Assembly (NCBI GenBank): GCA_963801355.1
Contig: CAWDEM010000004.1
Location: 96,001 to 160,000 of the forward strand
Reading direction: 5' to 3'
Length of the DNA stretch: 64,000 nucleotides
Source of the DNA: Ignavibacteriota bacterium
GTDB lineage: Bacteria > Bacteroidota > Ignavibacteria > UBA10030 > UBA6906
Positions 58,921 to 64,000 of this stretch are shown here, piece after piece. How positions within the stretch are numbered: the stretch's first letter is position 1; each line of letters starts with the position of its first letter. The position numbers and the translations under genes were made by a program. A model generated the notes under the pieces. The model did no database searches. It saw only the letters and a program-made list of their open reading frames with translations, and was not told the DNA's origin.

Positions 58921-61089
58921 ATGCCGCAGATCGATCTCCGCCTGGGCATACCACCCGCTCTGGCACTCATTGCTGTCATCGCTGCGGTGGCCCTCGCAGT
59001 GCTCTTTTACCGCACGACCATACCCCCTGCACCACGCCCGAAGCGTCTCCTGCTGGCAACTCTTCGCGGCCTCGCCCTGGCACTCCTCGCTTTTCTTCTC
59101 TTTGATCCGCAACTGCGCCTCACCCTGACGAGAACCGCGGCGCCCGGATTGACGGTACTCGTCGATAACAGCAGGAGCATGTCTATTACCGACCGTGACG
59201 GCACCAGGAGCGACATTGTGCGCACGATCCTCCGATCATCCGTGCTCGAAGCGTTGCATCAGCGCGCACTGGTCACCATCGTTCCATTCGGGGCACGAGT
59301 GCGTACAGGCGAAGGTCTGACGGCGGATTCACTTTCGTTTACGGAAGACGGCACGGATATCGCCGGTGCACTTTCTGCAGTCCAGCAGAACGACCGCGCA
59401 CTGCACAGCAACGCCGTGCTCCTGCTCACTGACGGTATTGTCACGCTGGGACAAAATCCCGTGGGCCCCGCCTCCGCATTCCCTGTCCCCATCACCACGG
59501 TCGGTATCGGCGACAGCAGCGAACAACGCGACGTCGCGGTGCAACGCATCGGCGCAAACGCAGTGGTCTACACCGGCGTACCGACGCCGGTCCAGGTGAT
59601 GGTCCATGCAAGCGGCTATCAGAATGAACGCATCGAGGTCTCTCTCACTGACGGGACAACCTCTGCCGGGCGGACCACGCTGACACTCGAACCGGGGTCG
59701 CACGATTATGCGGTGCCGCTTACCTGGACGCCCGCCGTCGAGGGAACACACTCGCTGACAGCCACGGTGAGCAGTCTTCCCGGCGAAGTCACGACGCGGA
59801 ACAATCGCCGAACCATAGCGGTACGGGTCCGCAAAAGCAAGCTGCGTCTCCTCATTATTGCCGGCGGGCCGTCATACGATCTTGCATTCTTCCGTACCAC
59901 TGCACAGGAAGACCCTGCCGTCGCCGTTTCCGCCTTCACACAAACACCCGCGGGTACCTTCTATGAGGGACTCCTGACACAGGCGGCGCTGGACTCGGCG
60001 GATTGCCTGGTCCTGATCGGCATGCCCACCACGTTCACACATCCCTCAACGATTGATGCCGTGGCCGGCGCGATCAACCGACGGCATCTTCCGTTTCTCT
60101 GGATCGGGTCGCGCACGGTGGATGTGACGCGCAGCGGCGCACTCGCTGCATTGCTGCCATTCACCGCCACCGGTGCTTCCACTGTGGAACAGGAGATCAG
60201 CATCCAACCCGTCCCGGCGGAACAGGCATCTCCGCTGCTGGCTCCCATCCAACCGGGGGATCCGTCTCCGTGGCAGCAGCTGCCGCCTATTTTCGCCACA
60301 CGCACACAATTCGCTGCAAAAGCCGGCGCAATGGTTCTGGCTACAGCACGAATCCAGAGCGTGATCACTCCATCGCCGGTGCTTATCGTCAGGAGCCAGG
60401 GCGGGCAGCGGTCTATCGCACTTCCGGGGTATGGCATATGGCGCTGGCGGCTCCTGGCACAGAGGTCGCCGGCCGTAGCAGGCTTTTTTCCAAAATTCGT
60501 CACCAACGTGATCCGGTGGCTCACGGCTCCGGACGACACCGCTCCACTTGTCGTCAAGCCGCTTGCCACGGTGTATGGCCAGGGGGAACCACTTGGATTC
60601 GAAGCGCAGGTGTACGACGTTCAGCAGCGACCCGTGGACGATGCCGAAGTGCGCGTTGTCGTGCAACAACGGAACCAGGCAATCGAAGGCACGCTTGCTT
60701 CTGTGGGGAACGGACGGTATGAGGGAACGCTGCCGGGTCTGGGTGAGGAGGGTGTCTACCGGTATCGTGCCGGCGCGGGAAAAGGAGGGGCTGTACTCGG
60801 TGCGGACAGTGGTGCCGTGCGCGTTGGTGGCACACATGTGGAATTTCGCACAACCCGAACCGAGACTGCTTTGTTGCGCGCCATCGCCGCCCGCTCCGGT
60901 GGTGCGTACCTGAGTCCGGGGGATCTTTCACGATTGCCCGACGAGCTCTCGCGTCAGGGATTTTTCACACCCCGCATTACCACCGAGGAATCGGACCACC
61001 AGATGCGCTCCTGGCCGTATATTGCTGGAGCAATCGTCCTGCTCCTCGCGCTCGAATGGCTTATCCGGAAGCGGAGCGGCATGCTCTAA
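58921..61089 (+). CDS. Membrane-anchored vWA domain protein with Ig-like and glutamine-amidotransferase-like domains
   Basis: N-terminal TMs; MIDAS DNSRS...TD...LLTDG; WRWR; C-terminal TM LEWLIRKR. Confidence 0.82.
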   Translation: MPQIDLRLGIPPALALIAVIAAVALAVLFYRTTIPPAPRPKRLLLATLRGLALALLAFLLFDPQLRLTLTRTAAPGLTVLVDNSRSMSITDRDGTRSDIVRTILRSSVLEALHQRALVTIVPFGARVRTGEGLTADSLSFTEDGTDIAGALSAVQQNDRALHSNAVLLLTDGIVTLGQNPVGPASAFPVPITTVGIGDSSEQRDVAVQRIGANAVVYTGVPTPVQVMVHASGYQNERIEVSLTDGTTSAGRTTLTLEPGSHDYAVPLTWTPAVEGTHSLTATVSSLPGEVTTRNNRRTIAVRVRKSKLRLLIIAGGPSYDLAFFRTTAQEDPAVAVSAFTQTPAGTFYEGLLTQAALDSADCLVLIGMPTTFTHPSTIDAVAGAINRRHLPFLWIGSRTVDVTRSGALAALLPFTATGASTVEQEISIQPVPAEQASPLLAPIQPGDPSPWQQLPPIFATRTQFAAKAGAMVLATARIQSVITPSPVLIVRSQGGQRSIALPGYGIWRWRLLAQRSPAVAGFFPKFVTNVIRWLTAPDDTAPLVVKPLATVYGQGEPLGFEAQVYDVQQRPVDDAEVRVVVQQRNQAIEGTLASVGNGRYEGTLPGLGEEGVYRYRAGAGKGGAVLGADSGAVRVGGTHVEFRTTRTETALLRAIAARSGGAYLSPGDLSRLPDELSRQGFFTPRITTEESDHQMRSWPYIAGAIVLLLALEWLIRKRSGML

Positions 61090-61092
61090 GCG

Positions 61093-61127
61093 GATCTACC
61101 GCTTCTTCGCAGATCTACCGCTTCTTC
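61093..61127. repeat. 16-bp direct duplication spanning the gyrA stop codon
   Basis: GATCTACCGCTTCTTC at 61093-61108 and 61112-61127. Confidence 0.85.
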
Positions 61128-63721
61128 CCTTTTCCTTTTGCAGCTGCTTTCTTCTGTCCCTTCGGCCGGGCTGCTTTCCCCTTTTGCTCTTTGAAGAGAT
61201 TGATCTGATCCGCATTCTGCGGGGGAGCCGGTCCAGCCTCCTTCGCCGTACCGTTCTCCTGTGCCTTCTGCCCGTTCCCGTTTGCCGGTTCATCTTCATC
61301 ACGCGGAACGGCGGCCACATCGGCCACCTGATCACCCTGGTCGAGCCGGATCAACCGTACACCCTGGGTGTTCCGCCCGGCAATACGGATTGCGGATACG
61401 TGCTGCCGGATGATGACGCCATGCGTGGTCACAATCACCACGTCGTCTTTCTCCGTCACTTCTTTGATGGCGATCATGCGGCCGGTCTTGTCTGTTGTTT
61501 TGACCGTAATGATGCCCTTCCCGCCCCGGTGGCTGATTCTGTAGTCCCCGGTATTGCTCCGCTTCCCGAACCCAAGCTCGGTGGCGATGAGGATGGTCGC
61601 ATCGCTGCCGCGCAGCACCACCCCACCCACAACACGATCACCCTTGTTCAGCCTGATGGCATGCACGCCGGATGCGGCGCGACCCATGGTCCGCACTTCC
61701 TGTTCCGCGAAACGGATCGCCATGCCCTCCGAGGTGCCGATGACAATGTCCCGTTTTGCATCGGTCAGATGGACATCAATCAACGAGTCTCCCTTCGACA
61801 ACCCGATGGCACCGATGCCGGTCTTCCGAGGGTTGCTGAACTCGCTCAGCGCGGTTTTCTTGATGTTCCCCTGTTCGGTCACCATCAGCACATTCAATGG
61901 TGCATCAAAGCTCTTGACCGTGACATATGCCATGATGGTTTCACCCGGTTCCTTCGACACCAGCGTGCCGATGGATTTGCCGCGCGCAGTTCGCCCGCCT
62001 TCCGGGATCTCAAACACCTTGAGCCAGTAGCAACGCCCCCGGTCGGTAAAGAGCAGGATATACTCGTGGGTCGACGCCACGAACATGGCTTCGATGAAAT
62101 CATCTTCGCGTGTCGTCGCACCCGTGCTTCCCCGTCCCCCGCGGGATTGCCGGCGGTAGCCGCTGACCGGGAAACGCTTTACGGAGCCGTTATGGCTGAT
62201 CGTGATGACCACCTGCTCTTCGGCTATCATGTCTTCAATGCTGAATTCTTCAGCTTTGTAGACGATTTCCGTCCGCCGTTCGTCGCCGTACAGCTCTTTG
62301 ATTCTTTCCAGCTCCTCGCGGATGATCTGCAGCTGCAGCGGCTTGCTTTTGAGGATGGCTTTCAGACGTTCGATCAGTTTGATGGTCTCGCGATACTCAT
62401 CTTCGATTTTCTTCCGTTCCAGACCGGTGAGCCGCTGCAGCCGCATATCCAGGATAGCCTTTGCCTGGATTTCCGACAGCTTGAATTTCTTCATCAGCCC
62501 TGTTCTGGCTGTATCCACATCCTTCGACGCCTTGATGAGTTTGATGATTGCGTCGATATTGTCCAGGGCAATGATGTACCCTTCCAGGAGGTGGGCGCGC
62601 TTTTCGGCTTCTTCAAGCTCATATTTGGACCGCCGGACGACAACTTCGTTCCGGTGCTGGATGAACAGACGTATAATCTCGCGCAGCGTGAGGACCTTCG
62701 GCCGTCCCTCCACAAGCGCCAGCATGATCACGCCGAACGTGGTCTGCATCTGCGTGTGCTTGAAGAGGTTATTGAGAATGACTTCCGCATTCGCATCACG
62801 GCGCAGGTCGATCACGATCCTCAGACCGTCACGGTCGGATTCATCGCGGATGTCCGCGATATCCTCGAGTTTCTTATCGTTCACCATATCGGCGATCTTC
62901 TCGATCAGGTTGGCCTTGTTCACCTGATACGGAATCTCCGTGACCACGATGCTTTGCCGATCGTTTTTGCCCGTCTCAATGCTCGCGCGCGCACGCACGA
63001 CAATCCTGCCGCGGCCCGTCGTGTACGCCTCCCGCACACCTTCGTACCCGTAGATAATCCCGCCGGTCGGGAAGTCCGGTGCCTTCACGATCCGCATCAA
63101 CTTCTCGTTGTCCAGGTTCTCATCCTTGATCAGCGCGATGCAGCCGTCCACCACCTCGGTAAGATTGTGCGGCGGAATATTCGTGGCCATGCCCACCGCA
63201 ATCCCGCTTGTGCCGTTCACGAGAAGATTGGGGACCATCGCGGGAAGAACGGAAGGCTCTTTCAGTGTATCGTCAAAGTTCGGCGTAAAATCGACTGTAT
63301 TCTTGTCGAGATCCTTCAACATCTCTTCAGCGATGCGGGCCAGGCGTGCTTCCGTGTATCGCATCGCCGCCGCCGAATCGCCGTCGATCGAACCGAAGTT
63401 CCCCTGGCCGTCCACCAACGGGTAGCGCATCGAGAAATCCTGCGCCATGCGGACCATGGTGTCGTACACCGCGGAATCGCCGTGGGGATGGTACTTGCCA
63501 AGGACTTCACCGACGATGCGCGCCGACTTCTTGTACGCCCGGTTGGCGGCGAGCCCCAGGTCCTGCATCCCGAACAGCACGCGCCGGTGCACGGGCTTGA
63601 GCCCGTCACGGACGTCCGGGAGTGCACGCGCGACGATGACGGACATCGAGTAGTCGATGTACGACCCACGCATTTCATCTTCGATATCAACGGGAATGAC
63701 TTTTTCGGTCAGTGTTGCCAT
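61115..63721 (-). CDS. gyrA: DNA gyrase subunit A
   Basis: [26 protein letters not shown], GyrA box QSRGGRG, CTD pinwheel repeats. Confidence 0.97.
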   Translation of the reverse strand: MATLTEKVIPVDIEDEMRGSYIDYSMSVIVARALPDVRDGLKPVHRRVLFGMQDLGLAANRAYKKSARIVGEVLGKYHPHGDSAVYDTMVRMAQDFSMRYPLVDGQGNFGSIDGDSAAAMRYTEARLARIAEEMLKDLDKNTVDFTPNFDDTLKEPSVLPAMVPNLLVNGTSGIAVGMATNIPPHNLTEVVDGCIALIKDENLDNEKLMRIVKAPDFPTGGIIYGYEGVREAYTTGRGRIVVRARASIETGKNDRQSIVVTEIPYQVNKANLIEKIADMVNDKKLEDIADIRDESDRDGLRIVIDLRRDANAEVILNNLFKHTQMQTTFGVIMLALVEGRPKVLTLREIIRLFIQHRNEVVVRRSKYELEEAEKRAHLLEGYIIALDNIDAIIKLIKASKDVDTARTGLMKKFKLSEIQAKAILDMRLQRLTGLERKKIEDEYRETIKLIERLKAILKSKPLQLQIIREELERIKELYGDERRTEIVYKAEEFSIEDMIAEEQVVITISHNGSVKRFPVSGYRRQSRGGRGSTGATTREDDFIEAMFVASTHEYILLFTDRGRCYWLKVFEIPEGGRTARGKSIGTLVSKEPGETIMAYVTVKSFDAPLNVLMVTEQGNIKKTALSEFSNPRKTGIGAIGLSKGDSLIDVHLTDAKRDIVIGTSEGMAIRFAEQEVRTMGRAASGVHAIRLNKGDRVVGGVVLRGSDATILIATELGFGKRSNTGDYRISHRGGKGIITVKTTDKTGRMIAIKEVTEKDDVVIVTTHGVIIRQHVSAIRIAGRNTQGVRLIRLDQGDQVADVAAVPRDEDEPANGNGQKAQENGTAKEAGPAPPQNADQINLFKEQKGKAARPKGQKKAAAKGKGKKR

Positions 63722-63741
63722 GCGTTTTTTCTCGCGCCGAT

Positions 63742-64000
63742 TTACACGTCCAGGTTGCGCACGTACTTTGCGTTCTTCTCGATGAACTCCCGGCGGGGTT
63801 CCACATCATCACCCATCAGGATGGAGAAGGTCCGGTCCGCATCCGCGGCATTTTCGATGGACACCTGCAAAATTGTGCGGGTATCCGGGTTCATAGTGGT
63901 TAACCACAGCTGTTCGGGATTCATTTCCCCAAGACCTTTAAACCGGGAGATGGCGATGCCGTTGCCAATGACGAGTGCGCCTTCTTCATGAGGCTCTCCA
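63742..64000 (-). CDS. gyrB: DNA gyrase subunit B, C-terminal fragment (5' truncated)
   Basis: [16 protein letters not shown]...[14 protein letters not shown]...LDV. Confidence 0.95.
   Translation of the reverse strand, partial: GEPHEEGALVIGNGIAISRFKGLGEMNPEQLWLTTMNPDTRTILQVSIENAADADRTFSILMGDDVEPRREFIEKNAKYVRNLDV

Noticed and set aside
61022-63991. 989-aa plus-strand ORF
   Set aside because: Antisense shadow of gyrA/gyrB with no recognisable motifs; long stop-free antisense frames are common opposite GC-rich conserved genes
1-64000. tRNA, rRNA, known riboswitch, IS, prophage or defence genes
   Set aside because: No cloverleaf, rRNA-like tract, transposase, integrase or phage motif recognised, and intergenic spaces are short; a covariance-model scan was not run

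Overview
Housekeeping-rich, GC-rich (roughly 60% by eye) bacterial chromosome segment with about 60 CDS. I found no rRNA, tRNA, CRISPR array, transposase or phage genes. Gene content and order point to a Bacteroidota/Ignavibacteria-like diderm (inference): miaB-sigma54 activator-lptE, yicC-gmk-rpoZ-coaBC-udg-dnaB, three parvulin/SurA genes followed by moxR, and gyrB-gyrA. Many promoters fit TTG-N17-TAnnnT. Most notable observations: (1) a DUF2946/CruR-like leader gene (TM, His cluster, CxxC, C-terminal RGPP) whose RGPP codons are complementary to the Shine-Dalgarno of a downstream porin + Zn/Mn ABC operon, a candidate metal-sensing ribosome-stalling switch; (2) four DnaA boxes between divergent yicC and rqcH, two at the predicted transcription starts; (3) a dispersed family of RGGCAMT heptamer arrays, some head-to-head; (4) two orphan microcompartment shell genes, one fused to a Rho_N/HeH-like domain; (5) a multi-parvulin chaperone with an inserted OmpA-like domain; (6) a GyrA tail with a QINLF clamp-like motif and Lys-rich end. 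Product calls come from motif recognition only, no database search was run. Several starts were moved from the ORF track by hand.
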